Source of the DNA: Azolla caroliniana
Lineage: Eukaryota > Plantae > Polypodiophyta
Assembly (NCBI GenBank): GCA_043228905.1
Contig: JBHGNT010000015.1
Coordinates: 10,230,001 to 10,294,000, forward strand
Direction of reading: 5' to 3'
DNA: 64,000 bases
Positions 11,280 to 24,676 of this stretch are shown here, one piece after another. The notes below the pieces were generated by a model that saw only the letters and a program-made list of their open reading frames with translations, was not told where the DNA came from and ran no database searches. Made by a program: the position numbers and the translations under genes. Positions within the stretch are counted from its first letter, which is position 1; each line of letters begins with the position of its first letter.

Positions 11280-12463
11280 TGTCGTGAAGTACGATAGCTT
11301 CACATTAAAAGTCTACAATAAGATAAATACGTAACTAAAGTAACATTTGATCATGTTTTATATATAAAGATAATATTAACAACACATATGATAATATTAT
11401 ATATATGTAAAGAAAAATAATATATATATATATAGATAAATATATTATATTACACGAACAAGAGAGGACTTGAACCAATAACCCCACCCTATGACTCTCA
11501 AATCTTACCATTTATTCTATGATAGTAATATACATAAAATAAAGCATACTTTATATTACATAAAGGATTTGCCTCATGAAGTTGTATGTTGTATTCAATA
11601 GTATTTTGAGACTCAAACCCACAACCTCATACACCAAAGTCAACACACCTACCATTAGGCTAGGCCCTTTCTCTTTAAGATTATATTTTCATGTTTATTG
11701 TTATTGCATATATTGTTTCATACATAAAAGCTCAAATGAGCAAGATGTTTATCATGCATCACATGTAATGCATGAACGCCAAATGGCGATCATGCATCAC
11801 ATGCATTTCATGCACTACATGCATGACTTGTACCCTCCAATGCATCATATGCATGGGGGCACCTATTTAAATGGTGAAAGAGAAGGTCAAAGGGAGATAT
11901 GTATGAGATATCAATCAAATATATATTACATAAGAGATACCATAAAATAGAGAAAGAAAGGAAGAAGTTCAAGATAAAGGTGGAGCTCTATGTTGGCGGT
12001 CGTGGTGGTCAACTCTCAACAAGAGGGAGGCGGTTCGAGCCTTATCTTCATCAAAATATTGAAGTGAAGATTGTAGTGGTCTACGATCAAGAAAGAGAAG
12101 AGTGATTACCTTGCAAGACAAAGTTCGGAGGTTCAACGACATGCACAATCATTTTGTAACTCTTTCATGAAAATGATTATAAATTTCATACACTTTCTCA
12201 TATATTATTTTATATCTTATCTTGTTGTATCTTAAATTCCTTAAAAATCCTATTTTTTTCATATCTTATTGATCTCTATTCACTCCATCTCTACTCTTTC
12301 GTCTCTTCCGTCCATAATCCCAGTGATTCCTTCCTCACTTTCACGTTATCCTTTGTGTGCGCAACGCTACGCTTCTAGGCGAGCCACGTCACGACACAAA
12401 TTTGTGAACCCAACGTGAAACGGGGAAGTAGAAGAGACATCTAAAGTAAAGATCAATATCAAC

Positions 12464-14638
12464 ATGGCAAGTACGAGTACAATGGATCCGGTAATGTTGT
12501 TTATTGAAAAGTTGAATCAAGATCGATTATTTCATGCCTTACGAGAAGTCCGAGAGAAGATTGGTATGTTTGATGGCACAAATATTTCGAAGTATGTGAA
12601 TATATATTATGATGAAATGGAAATGTTTGGTATAAATGATGTCAATATGATAGCAAACATTTATAAATTAGTGGACATGGAATTAAGAGATAGAATTCAT
12701 GAAATACAAACATTGCATAGTTTGGATTAGAATGCATTCAAAGAAGCACTTGTGTTTGAATATGCTCGTGAGGATTTCTCTCGCGTTACTATGCGTTCAT
12801 TCCATGAATGGGTCCTAAAAGAAGATAAAGGCTTATCTATGGCTGACACAAAAAAAGAGTTTGATAGGATGTATGGACACTTAAAGCCAGAAGAAAGAAA
12901 TTCTTTGTCTTGGCAAAAGGTTGCTTTATTTTTGCAGGCAGTTGACAAGAGATATAGAAAAGAATTGGAATTTATGCTTGAACTGCCAAATACCGAGGAT
13001 GGTATAACGACAGATTGGAATGAGGTAACAAATGCTTGTAATAAATTTATGAAAAGAATGCAAAGGAATGGTGTAATGCTACAAATACCACATGTGGGAA
13101 TCACAAATCGGCTTGAGCAAAACATTGAAGTTCAAAGACTTGGTCGAGAACCATCACACGAAATGGTCCATCAACCACGAGAAATGATCGAAACTAAGAG
13201 TGAGTCTTTGCTTGATGATTTAGTTCAAAGTATGAAAGATCTAACAATTAAAGTGGCAAAGCTTGAGAATGGTCAGACTTCGAGGTCAAGGGAACCATTT
13301 CGACCTCGATGCATGTGGTGTGATAGCCTCGAACATCGATTACGTGATTGTGCGGAATATAAAGACATGGAAAATCGAGACTTGGTGTATTGGAAAAATG
13401 GTAACATTTATTTAACTGAAACTAGAAGTCCACTTACAAAGAACTTTGGTGATGGTGGTGTTAAGGTTAAATTTGAAGAAGCTGAAGCAAAGAAGGCTTC
13501 CGCAATGTACTACTCGGCAACGGCAGGAATGCGCCTCGATGACATGCCATCCCGATCATCATTCTGGGAGAAGGTTGTAAGTACCGCACAAAAGCAAAAG
13601 ATGAAGATGGAAGACCTTCGTGTTGCCGGAGATTCTGTAAGGAAAAACACTGGATGGGATGTTCCAGTAGATGCTATGACGGTCTATGCTCAAATGGCAG
13701 AACACCAAGAGCATGAGGTGATAGTGGAAGAAAAAAGGAAAAGGCCAGATGATGAGATTGACTCAACAAAAAAGCATGAGACAAGAGACAGCAAAAGAAA
13801 AGAGATGGACGCAAAGGTCGAAAAAGGTAAATCTGGTCCTTCATTCAAATTAATGTCTGATATTGAAAAGGATACAGATTTAAAGAAAGTTTTAGAAACA
13901 AGAATACTAGATAGTTGAGTAGAATTTACACTAAGAGAAGTGTTAGGTATTGCAAAAAAGGAATTTCATGATGAAATAATTGATATTGTGCGAAGAAAGA
14001 AGCAAGTAAATGAGCAGGTTAAACAGACAAATCCGAAGGTGGCATATGAAGTGGTGAGCAACGAGTCAAACAATATCGTTGTTGACTCTCAACATGCATC
14101 AACCTCAATGATAAATTCAACAGATGTAAGAAGCCATTACTCTCGCAAATGTTGGGCAAGAGCCACTACTGAGCATCATGTGAAGATTGGAAATGTTCCA
14201 GACCCCGTGATGGCACTTATTGATCATGGTTCTGAAATAAATATAATGAGTGCTGATTTTTACAGGAAAGGTAGATGGCCAATTGATACTCAACATGGTT
14301 GGCGAGTAAAAGCTGCCACATCAGTCACGGAAGATTTATTTGGTGCATGCCCAAATGTAAAGGTTACTATTGGTGATATAGAGGTAGATCAGCATTTCTT
14401 TATGCAGGAAGGATCTACCTATCCAATAATCTTGGGGCAACCATACATTACAGCGGTACGAATGGAGACCAAAGTCCTCGACAATGGTTCTGCCTATGCA
14501 AAAATCCGTAGCCAAGATGGACGACGAACTGTACAATTTATGACAGTTCGCCCAAATCATGAGAGGAACAAGCAAGAGCTTCGTGATCATTCAATGCCAA
14601 AAGACTATGATGATTTTGATAATCAGGTTTTTGACTAG
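12464..14638 (+). pseudogene. gag: Element B gag + protease (in-frame stops)
   Basis: CMWCDSLEHRLRDC knuckle; ALIDHGSEINIMS. Confidence 0.85.
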
Positions 14639-17600
14639 GACTGTTGCGAGTGAGGGTTGCAATAGTCCCATTATTAAAAGACCCTCATATAGGGCATTAC
14701 AACATATGAATAAGTCATTTCATGTTTCTGAAAGTGGTGCTATATGTGTGACTAGGATGTATGAATGCAAGAGGAACTTGAAAAAGAATGCTAATCTGTT
14801 TCAGCAGGCATTGAAGGATAATGGAGTACTTGAAATGGAAGAGCAGATTGAAAGTGTTATGGAAGAAATTTCTTTTGCAAATACTTTAGAAGAGTTAGAA
14901 ATGTATTTGAAAGAAGATGATGAGAATGTTAGAAAGATACATGTAAACTCAATTGATATGTATTATGAGATTGATAGGTATAATTGTAAATATGAAGAAG
15001 TAGAAAGTTTATGTAATACAAAATACAAAACAATAGATAAAAAGGTCAAACCTGTTGCAGTACCATTACCTATTGGTAGTGAAGAGAAGATGGAGGCAGC
15101 AGCAACCGAGCCTATGCTTCGACCAATAGAGAAGATCGGACATCACTTCACTTCGGAGACAATAAATAACTTGAGAATCGGAAGGGGTGAATTTCTTCTG
15201 CAATCAGAGATCGGGACTTTCAAAGAAATGATCTTTAGGCATGGGAAAGCGTTCACATTCAAAGCTGAGGAGATTGGTTGTGTAAATCCAAAGGTGGTGA
15301 CGCCAATGGTAATATTTACTATCCCTCATATTCCTTGGAATTTTAAACCTATTGCAGTACCGAGAGCTCGATTACCTCAATTGTTGGAGTTGCTGAAGGA
15401 TAAAGTCAAGATGAAGATTTTAGAGCCTTCAAATGCACCATACTCCAATAGATGGTTCACAGTTCCAAAGAAAGATGGTTCTCTAAGATTCATTCAAGAT
15501 CTACAACCAGTCAACAAAGTCACAATCCGAAATGCGGGAATCGGACCGATCGTTGATGAATTTGCGGAAGCGTTTGCTGGAAGAGCGATTTACTCTATGG
15601 GAGACCTATATTCAGGATACGACCAATTTCAACTAGCAATTGATAGTCGCAACATCACAACAATGAAAACACCAATTGGGTTGGTTCGAATGTGCACTCT
15701 ACCTCAAGGTGCGACGAATTCGGTTGCTCATATGATGAATGCAATGAACAAAGTTCTACATGAATACATCCCAAAGGTAACTATGCCATTTTTAGATGAT
15801 ATTCCTATTAAGGGATGCTTAGAAAGAGAGAAAGATGAGACTATGGTTGGAAATGGTTGCAGAAAGTTTGTGATGGATCACATTAATGACTGTGAAAGTA
15901 TTTTAAATAAGCTTGAGCAGGTACATTTGACACTATCAGGAACAAAGTCTTGCTTTGGGCAAAACGAAGTTCTAATAGTTGGTCATATGTGTGGGTGGTA
16001 TGGGAGGAAGCCTTCACCGATCAAAATTAACGCAATACAAAATATGAAGGAAGTTTGCGACTCGGTAACAGAGGTGAGAAGATTTTTGGGTGCATGTGTG
16101 TTTTATCATATTTGGTTACCACACTTTGCACATGTCTCAGATCCTCTCTACCAACTTTTAAGAAAAGGAAAGAAGTTTATTTGGTCTGATGAACATACAC
16201 AAGTTGTTCAACAGCTGAAAGAAGCATTACTGAAAGCACCAGTTCTTCGTCAACCAAACTACAAAGGTGAAAGACCAATTACAGTAACAGTTGATACTAG
16301 CCCAATCGGGATCGGTTGGGTTATCAACCAAGAAGATGAAAACCAACATCGATATGCTATCAGATTTGGAGCAAAGATATTAAATGAAAGACAAAGAAAC
16401 TATGCACAAGTTAAACGAGAATTGTGGGGTTTGCTTACTGCATTAAAAACAAATAGAGATTACTTGATCGGAGCAGATGTAGTGGTTGAAACAGATTGTT
16501 TGCCACTCATTGGAATGATAGCAATTTGCACGACACCAGATATTGCAATGCTTCGGTGGATTGCATACATCAGAACCATGAACCCAGAATTGCGGCATAT
16601 AAAGGGAAAAGACAACCCAGTTGCAGATATGCTGTCAAAGGCAAGGTTCATAAATGAAAAGGTGATGCAAACTGAAAATAAGACTGGGCAACTACAAGCC
16701 ATCAATTTGCTCATCAAGAATCTATTACGCCTCATGATGAGTTTAATGTAAGTATAATGTTCAAAGACACAGAGTATGAAAGTCAATGGTTAGAAATAGG
16801 AAATTTTCTAAAGACTCAAGAAGCCAACCCATCATGGTCGAAGAAACAATTAAATGAATTTCGAAGATGAGCATTCAAGTTTTTTTTACATGAAGGGCAT
16901 TTATGGAGGCGTCCAAAAAGGCCAACCAAAAATCCTCTTCGAGTCATTTGTAAGGATGACATTAAGAGAAAATTAATTAATGAATTCCATGATAGTTTGT
17001 GGGCAGGACATAGAGGCATATGGGCGACATTTATGAAGTTGAAAGAAAAGTATTGGTGGCCACATATGTATAAAGATGTAACGAAATTTGTGGAAACCTG
17101 TGAGGTTTGCCAGAGGTATTCAACTATCCGGTATCGAGATGAGCTAAAACCAACATATTCATCATCAATGCATTATAAATGGATGGTCGATCTAGTGACA
17201 ATGCCACTTTGGGAAGGTCAAATGCGATATTTAGTACTAGCAAGAGAAGACCTTACAAACCAAGTAGAAGGAAGATCACTACGACAGAAAACAACTAGAA
17301 CTCTATGTAAATTTTTGTTAGAAGATGTAATATGTCGTTACGGGTGTGTTGGTAAAATAATTGCAGATAGAGGAGAACTCGACTCTGATGAAGCTAGAGA
17401 ATTCTTCAGCCGAATAGGGGTCAAATTATCACTTACAACTGCGTATAATCCAGAAGCCAATGGAAAGATTGAAAGAGGACATAGCCCAATAGTTAAGGAG
17501 ATCGTGAAAAGCTGTAAAGGTAAAATAAGAGCTTGGCCACGCATGCTACCTTAGGCACTATGGGCGGATCGAACAACTCATAGTTCAGTAACAGGATACA

Positions 17601-18087
17601 TGCCAGCTGAATTGATACTTGGCCAAAAGCCCATCATGCCAATAGAAGAATCAATTATGTCATGGATATCTATTCCATGGAGAGAAGAGGTGAGCAGAGA
17701 AGAATTACTTGCTTTGCGAATTCAACAATTAGAGCGTCGACGTGAAGATATAGAAATAACAGCCCAACGATTGAAGGAGGCTCGACTAAAGAATAAAATC
17801 CGTTTTGATAAAAGTCATAGAATTCGACCTAAGAAAATAGAAGAAGGAGATTGGGTGCTCGTGTGTGATAGCAGTTTAGATAATCAACATAGCACCGTCC
17901 GCAAGTTCGCTAAAAGATGGTTTAGGCCTTAACTAGTAAGAAAAGTATATGATAACTTTACTTATAAGCTTAGTGAATTGGATGGGACACTAATCCTAAA
18001 CGTGGTAGCTGGAAAGAGGATAAAAGTATTTAAGAAAAGGTTTGAGCTTGAACCTCCTCCAATAGATCAACATGAAGATGAAAGATA
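14625..18087 (+). pseudogene. pol: Element B pol (RT-RNaseH-integrase), disrupted
   Basis: LPQGATNS, FLDD, VDTS; integrase HHCC and D..D..E core (TTAYNPEANGKIER). Confidence 0.9.
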
Positions 18088-19258
18088 GTAGCACATGCCG
18101 GAGGATGTGCAGGTCTAGAGGGGGTGGATGTCGTGAAGTACGAAAGCTTCACATTAAAAGTCTACAATAAGATAAATACGTAACTAAAAAAATATTTGAT
18201 CATGTTTTATATATAAAGATAATATTAACAACACATATGATAATATTATATATATGTAAAGAAAAATAATATATATATATATATAGATAAATATATTATA
18301 TTACACGAACAAGAGAGGACTTGAACCAATAACCCCACCCTATGACTCTCAAATCTTACCATTCATTCTATGATAGTAATATACATAAAATAAAGCATAC
18401 TTTATATTACATAAAGGATTTGCCTCATGATATAAAAATAAAGTTGTATGTTGTATTCAATAGTATTTTGAGACTCAAACCCACAACCTCATACACCAAA
18501 GTCAACACACCTACCATTAGGCTAAGCCCTTTCTCTTTAAGATTATATTTTCATGTTTATTGTTATTGCATATATTGTTTCATACATAAAAGCTCAAATG
18601 AGCAAGATGTTTATCATGCATCACATGTAATGCATGAACGCCAAATGGCGATCATGCATCACATGCATTTCATGCACTACATGCATGACTTGTACCCTCC
18701 AATGCATCATATGCATGGGGGCACCTATTTAAATGGTGAAAGAGAAGGTCAAAGGGAGATATGTATGAGATATCAATCAAATATATATTACATAAGAGAT
18801 ACCATAAAATAGAGAAAGAAAGGAAGAAGTTCAAGATAAAGGTGGAGCTCTATGTTGGCGGTCGTGGTGGTCAACTCTCAACAAGAGGGAGGCGGTTCGA
18901 GCCTTATCTTCATCAAAATATTGAAGTGAAGATTGTAGTGGTCTACGATCAAGAAAGAGAAGAGTGATTACCTTGCAAGACAAAGTTCGGAGGTTCAACG
19001 ACATGCACAATCATTTTGTAACTCTTTCATGAAAATGATTATAAATTTCATACACTTTCTCATATATTATTTTATATCTTATCTTGTCGTATCTTAAATT
19101 CCTTAAAAATCCTATTTTTTTCATATCTTATTGATCTCTATTCACTCCATCTCTACTCTTTCATCTCTTCCGTCCATAATCCTAGTGATTCCTTCCTCAC
19201 TTTCACGTTATCCTTTGTGTGCGCAACGCTACGCTTCTAGGCGAGCCACGTCACGACA

Positions 19259-21550
19259 ACGGTCGACAGTCATGACATTACAACCATGAGAACTCCAATC
19301 GGGTTGGTTCAGATGTGTACCTTACCTCAAGGCACAACGAACTCGGTGGCTCATATGGTAAATGCCATGAGCAAGGTTTTGAAGGATTGCATCCCGGATA
19401 TCACGATAGCATTCTTAGATGATATTCCGATAAAAGGATGTTCGGATGAAGAGAAGGATGAATCAAAAGATAAGGATGGATGTAGAAAGTTCGTCGTGGA
19501 TCATATGAAAGATTGCGAGAAGGTGCTCCAAAGGCTCGAAGATGCGAATTTCACATTTTCGGGAGAAAAATCTGCATTCGGGCAACCGGAGATCCTGGTG
19601 GTAGGTCACTTGTGTGGAGCATACGGTCGGAAGCCTTCGCCATCCAAGGTGAATGCAATCCAAGACATGAAAGAAGAATGTGTAACCCAAATGGAGGTTC
19701 GAAGGTTCCTAGGAGCATGCGCATTTTATCATATTTGGATTCCACACTACGCCCACATTGTTGAGCCATTATATGGTCTACTAAAGAAGGAGCGGATGTT
19801 CGAATGGACGAGTGAGCATACAATCGCCATCTGAAGGTTGAAGAAATTATTGATGGAGGCACCTGCATTACGGAAAGCGAACTATTCATACGGCAAGACG
19901 ATTTTCGTGACTGTGGATACTAGTCCAATCGGAATTGGATGGGTTATCAACCAAGAAGATGAAGATTGCAACCGATATGCAATTCGTTTTGGCGCGAAAG
20001 TATTAAGTGACAGGCAAAGAAGGTATGCCCAAGTGAAGAGGGAGCTATGGGGAATCATCTCGGCAATCAAATCTGATCGTGATTACCTTATTGGAGCAGA
20101 AGTCATAATTGAGACAGATTGCCTGCCAATTTTGGGTATGATATCTGGTTGTAATACACCGGATATTTCCATGTTGCGTTGGATTGCATATATCAAATCA
20201 CTCAACTTGGAGATCCGTCATGTAGCTGGGAAGTGTAATGTCATTGCAGACATGCTATCATGAGCGAGATACGACGAAGAAGAAGATCGACATTCTGATG
20301 AAGATGATGTTGGCTTGGATTTCTTTGCAAGTTCCTATGCTCGGGTGTTGACTACTTTCATAGAAGAGGACTACGAAGGTGAATTCGTGGAGATCGGGAA
20401 ATACTTGAGTTCTCTCCAAAAAGATGAATCATGGTCGACGGAAGACTTCCATTGAATTCGGAAGAAGGCATACAAGTATTTCCTTAAGGATGGAGCTCTT
20501 TGGAGGCATGCAAAAAAGAAGAATGGGACTCCGATGAGAGTTGTCTGCAAGCTAGAAGACCAACAAAAACTAATGTCTGAATTTCATGATAGTGTTTTTG
20601 CAGGCCATCGAGGAATATGGGCTACGTTTGCGAAGCTTAAGGAGAAATATTGGTGGCCGGGCATCTACAAAGATGTAGCAGCTTATGTGGAAACATGTAA
20701 GGAATGTCAGATGTTTTCGAATATTCGCCATCGAGATGGACTTCATCCGACTTACCCGTTGGCTATGCATTACAAGTGGATGGTGGACATCGTGATGATG
20801 CCAATGGGGCGATGGCAGATGAAGTATCTTGTGCTCGCGAGAGAGGATCTTACCAATCATGCTGAAGGGTGAGCATTAAGAACTAAGGAGACATCATCGG
20901 TATGCCGATTCCTTCTTGAAGATGTTATTTGTAGATATGGATGCGTCGACAAGGTAGTGGCTGATAGAAGCGAGTTGGACGCCAATGAAGCTAGAGAATT
21001 CTTCTCGAGAATGGGAATCAAATTATCTCTTACCATGGCGTATGATCCGGAAGCAAATGGGAAGGTGGAACGTGGACATGGACCGATTGTGAAGGCTCTA
21101 GTGAAAGCTTGCCATGGGAAAATAGGAGAATGGCCACATCTATTGCCATTTGCACTATGGGCTAACAGGACTACTCATAGCACGGTGACGGGATACATGC
21201 CGGCAGAGCTCATATCCGGACAAAAGCCAATAATGCCTGTAGAACAAAGTATTATTTCATGATTTGCATTGCCATGGCAAGATGAGATAAGTAGAGAAGA
21301 TCTTCTAGCATTGAGGATTCGACAATTAGAGCGGAATTTGGAAGATATAGAAGTGGCTAAAGCGCAGCTAAAGAACAAGAAAGACTTCGATAAACGACAT
21401 CAACTTCAGCTGAGGAAAATCGTTGAAGGAGATTAGGTGCTAGTCTATGACAGTAGCCTAGATAACTAACATAGTACGGCTCGAAAATTCTCAAAGCGAT
21501 GGTTTGGGCCATATGTGGTGAAGAAAGTGGATGATAATGCAACATACCGG
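19259..21550 (+). pseudogene. pol: Element A pol, remainder (RT-RNaseH-INT)
   Basis: ORFs 19286-19834, 19838-20263, 20534-20872 and 20957-21262 are collinear with element B pol. Confidence 0.9.
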
Positions 21551-23029
21551 TGGATGTGCAGGTTTGGTGGGAGCGAATGTCGTGTGAATCATCACACACT
21601 ATGTAAAAAAATAATGAAATAATTATTATAGATTAGATTAGTAGCTTACTATACAAAGATGGATATACTCAAGAGCTTCAAAATGTTTTTCACTATTAAC
21701 AAAATGGAGAAATACATATCAAGTTATGTGAAAATAAAGTTTGAGAAGATAGGGAAATTAGAACTATCCCACATAAATAGGAAAGTTAAGGCCCTGGCTA
21801 TATAAGCACCTTGAGCTCTCTCATTTTTCATTTGTGCTAAGAGCACTTTGGCCAATTTGTCTTGATGGATTATGGTGGCCAAATTCCCTAAAACTGGAAA
21901 TCGGCCGGTAAGCAAATCCGGAAACCGGTTGGTATGCAAACCGGAAAACAGGCCGGTAAGCAAAACCGGAACCAGAATCGGCAAGCAAACCAGATCTGAA
22001 AACCGGCCGGTATGCAAACCGGAAACCGGCCGGTAAGCAAAACAGGAATCGGCAAGCAAACCGGAATCAGAACTTGCCAGCAAGCAAAACCGGAACTGGA
22101 ACTGGCAAGCAAAACTGGAATCGGAACCGGCCGGCAAGCAAAACTGGAACTGGAACCGACAAGCAAACCGGAACCGGAACTGGAACTGGCAAGCAAACCG
22201 GAACCGGAACCGGCCGACAAGCAAAACCAGAAACCAGCCAGTAAGCAAAACCGCAACCGCAACCGCCAAGCAAAATGGAACCAGCCAGTGAGGGATTCGG
22301 CGATTGGGCAGAACTGGCTACCGGACAAGGTTGGACGCAGACAGATGGAAGATTGGATCATGCAACAAACTAAAGTAAAGTGAAGAGAACTAAAGTAAAG
22401 GCCATGTGGACGCAAGCAACTAAAGTTGGAGTGCATGCAAAAGGTAAAGGTCATGTCGACGGTCACATGCAACTAAACGAAAAAGCCATGCAACTAAAAA
22501 TAGATGCAACTAAAAGAAAAAGCTAAGCAACTAAAAGTAGAGGCCATGCAACAAAAAGTGGAAAGGCTATGATCAAGGGAGAACTCCATAAATATTCCAT
22601 TTTTTTTTCCTACATTGAGACGCTCTCCATATTATCTTAATTTTTTTCCTTTTCTTTAAGACCTCTCTTATCTTATCGAAGCCAAGAACCCTAAATTTCC
22701 TTACGGAAGTCATAAACCCTAATTTCCTAATCAAAGCCATATAACTCAAAAACCCTAATTTTCGAATTGAAGCTAAAAATCCTAATATTTTAATTAAATC
22801 CATATTTCATTTCTTCTAATCTATTACTCTAGTCATCTCCATTAGCAAATTTTTGTAATCCCAATCTTGGGATTAATTGTAATCTTTCTTTCTACTTGTT
22901 AATGAAATTTGTGAATCTTTCTCATTTCGTATTAATTGTTTAATATAATCATACGAATCTGATATCTTCCGGTGGGAGGCCCCGGGGTCCTGCCTCAAGT
23001 TCACGTATCCTCGTCGTATTTTCGCGACA

Positions 23030-24676
23030 CTGGCAATGCCTTAGTAGTTAACAACGATTCGCCCCACCGTTAGCGCCGTTCCCGTGGATCGAACCCGGGT
23101 CACCCGCGTGACAGGCTGGAATAGTGACCACTATAATACAAGAACATCCTCGTGTTGGAAGTATCGATCGTACAACTTGTTTGGAGCATGGACCCGAATG
23201 TCGTCGTTAGTGGAGGGGTTGCAACGAATTCGTTTGCTTATGGGCGGTAATACCAAATAGTACACACTCGAACGAGAGATCATATGATGATATGCGCCCA
23301 ACCGACTGTACCCCCCAAGGGCCTAATAGGGGTAGAGGATACAAGGGAAGAAGGAAAGCATTGACGATATGGCGGTGGGGGATCCTAGGTGGTAATGTCT
23401 TAGTAGATGACATCGTATTCGCCCCGCCCTTAGCGCCGTTGCCTGGGATCGAACCTGGGTCACCTGCGTGACAAGCAGGAATACTTACCACTATACTACA
23501 ACGATATGCTCATGTTGGAAGTATCGATCATACAACTCATTCGGAGCATGGACCCGAATGTCAAAATCTAGGCCCGGTTTCGTCCTGAGTCAGGGGTTGC
23601 AACGAATTCGTCCGTTTATGTGTGGCAATACCCAATAGTGCACTCGAACAAGAGATCATATGATGATATGCGCCCAACCTCGTGGACGACCGACTGTACC
23701 AAGGGGTCTAAAGAGGTAGCAGATCCGGGGAAATGAGGAGAGCATTCAGGATATGGTTGTGCGGGATCCTAGGTGGGAATGCCTTAGTAGATGACATTAG
23801 ATTCCCCTCGCCCTTTGCACCGTTGTGAGGGATTGAGCCGGGGTGACCCACATGAACGGTGACAATACTCACCACTATACTACAACGACATCCTCGAGTT
23901 GGAAGTATGGATCGTACAACTCGTTCGGAAAATGGACCCAAATGTCGAGAACAAGGCCCGGTTTCGTCGCTAGAACACAGTTTGCAAAGAAATTTGTCCG
24001 CTTATGGGCGGCGAGACCCTGGAGTGCACTCGGACGAGACATCATATGAAGATATGCGGCCTGCCTCACGAACGACCGACTGTACTCCGCAAGGGCTCGA
24101 AAGGATAAGAGGATCCTAGGGAACGTGGAAAGGATTGAGGATATGGTGGTGTGGGATCCTAGGTGGCAATGCCCAAAGAGATGACATCGGATTCGCCCCG
24201 CCCTTCGCGCCGTTGCGGGGAATCGAACTCGGGTCACTTGCGTGATAGGCGGGATTATTGAACACTGTACTACAACAACATCCTCTTGTTGGCAGTATCG
24301 ATTGTACAACTCGTTCGGAGCATGAACCTGAATGTCGAAAACAAGGCCCAGTTTCATTGCCAGAACACAGGTTGCAAAGAAATTTGTCCGCTTATGGGCG
24401 GCAACACCCAGGAGTGCACTCGGATGAAAATTCATACGATGATATTCACCCTGCATCGTGGACAACCAACTGTACCTCGAAGGGCTCGAAAGGGTTAGAG
24501 GATTTGGGGGGGCGTGGGAAGCATTGAGGATATGGCGGTGGAGGATCGTTAGCGGAAATGCCCTATGTGATGACATCGGATTCGCCCCACCCTTCGCGCC
24601 GTTGCCGGGGATCGAACCTAGGTCACCCGCGTGACGGGCGGGAACACTCACCACTATACTACAATGACAACCTCGT
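23030..24676 (-). repeat. tRNA-Asp satellite block 1b (5 degenerate copies), continuation of block 1a
   Basis: tRNA copies at ~23074, 23434, 23818, 24208 and 24597. The spacer resumes exactly where element A inserted. Confidence 0.92.

Larger units (their letters stand above)
11280..19258 (+). mobile_element. Gypsy element B, same lineage as A, nested in the RT of A
   Basis: Near-identical LTRs 11280-12396 and 18129-19258 (TGTCGTGA...TCACGACA). Decayed Trp PBS at 12402-12419; PPT ~18117-18128. TSD GCGG/ACGG; excision restores DQFQLAVDSHDITT of A. Confidence 0.95.
6607..23029 (+). mobile_element. Gypsy element A (non-chromovirus, tRNA-Trp PBS), full-length but decayed; interrupted by element B
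   Basis: LTRs 6607-8066 and 21578-23029 (TGTCGTG...CG[T/C]GACA). PBS TGGCGAACCCGACGTGAA at 8071-8088. Order gag-PR-RT-RH-INT. 4-bp TSD CCGG/CTGG in the satellite spacer. Confidence 0.93.

Noticed and set aside
11576-12105. His/Met-rich ORFs in LTR B (also 18342-18967)
   Set aside because: They arise from CATG repeats in the LTR, and a 13-bp indel between the LTRs changes the frame.
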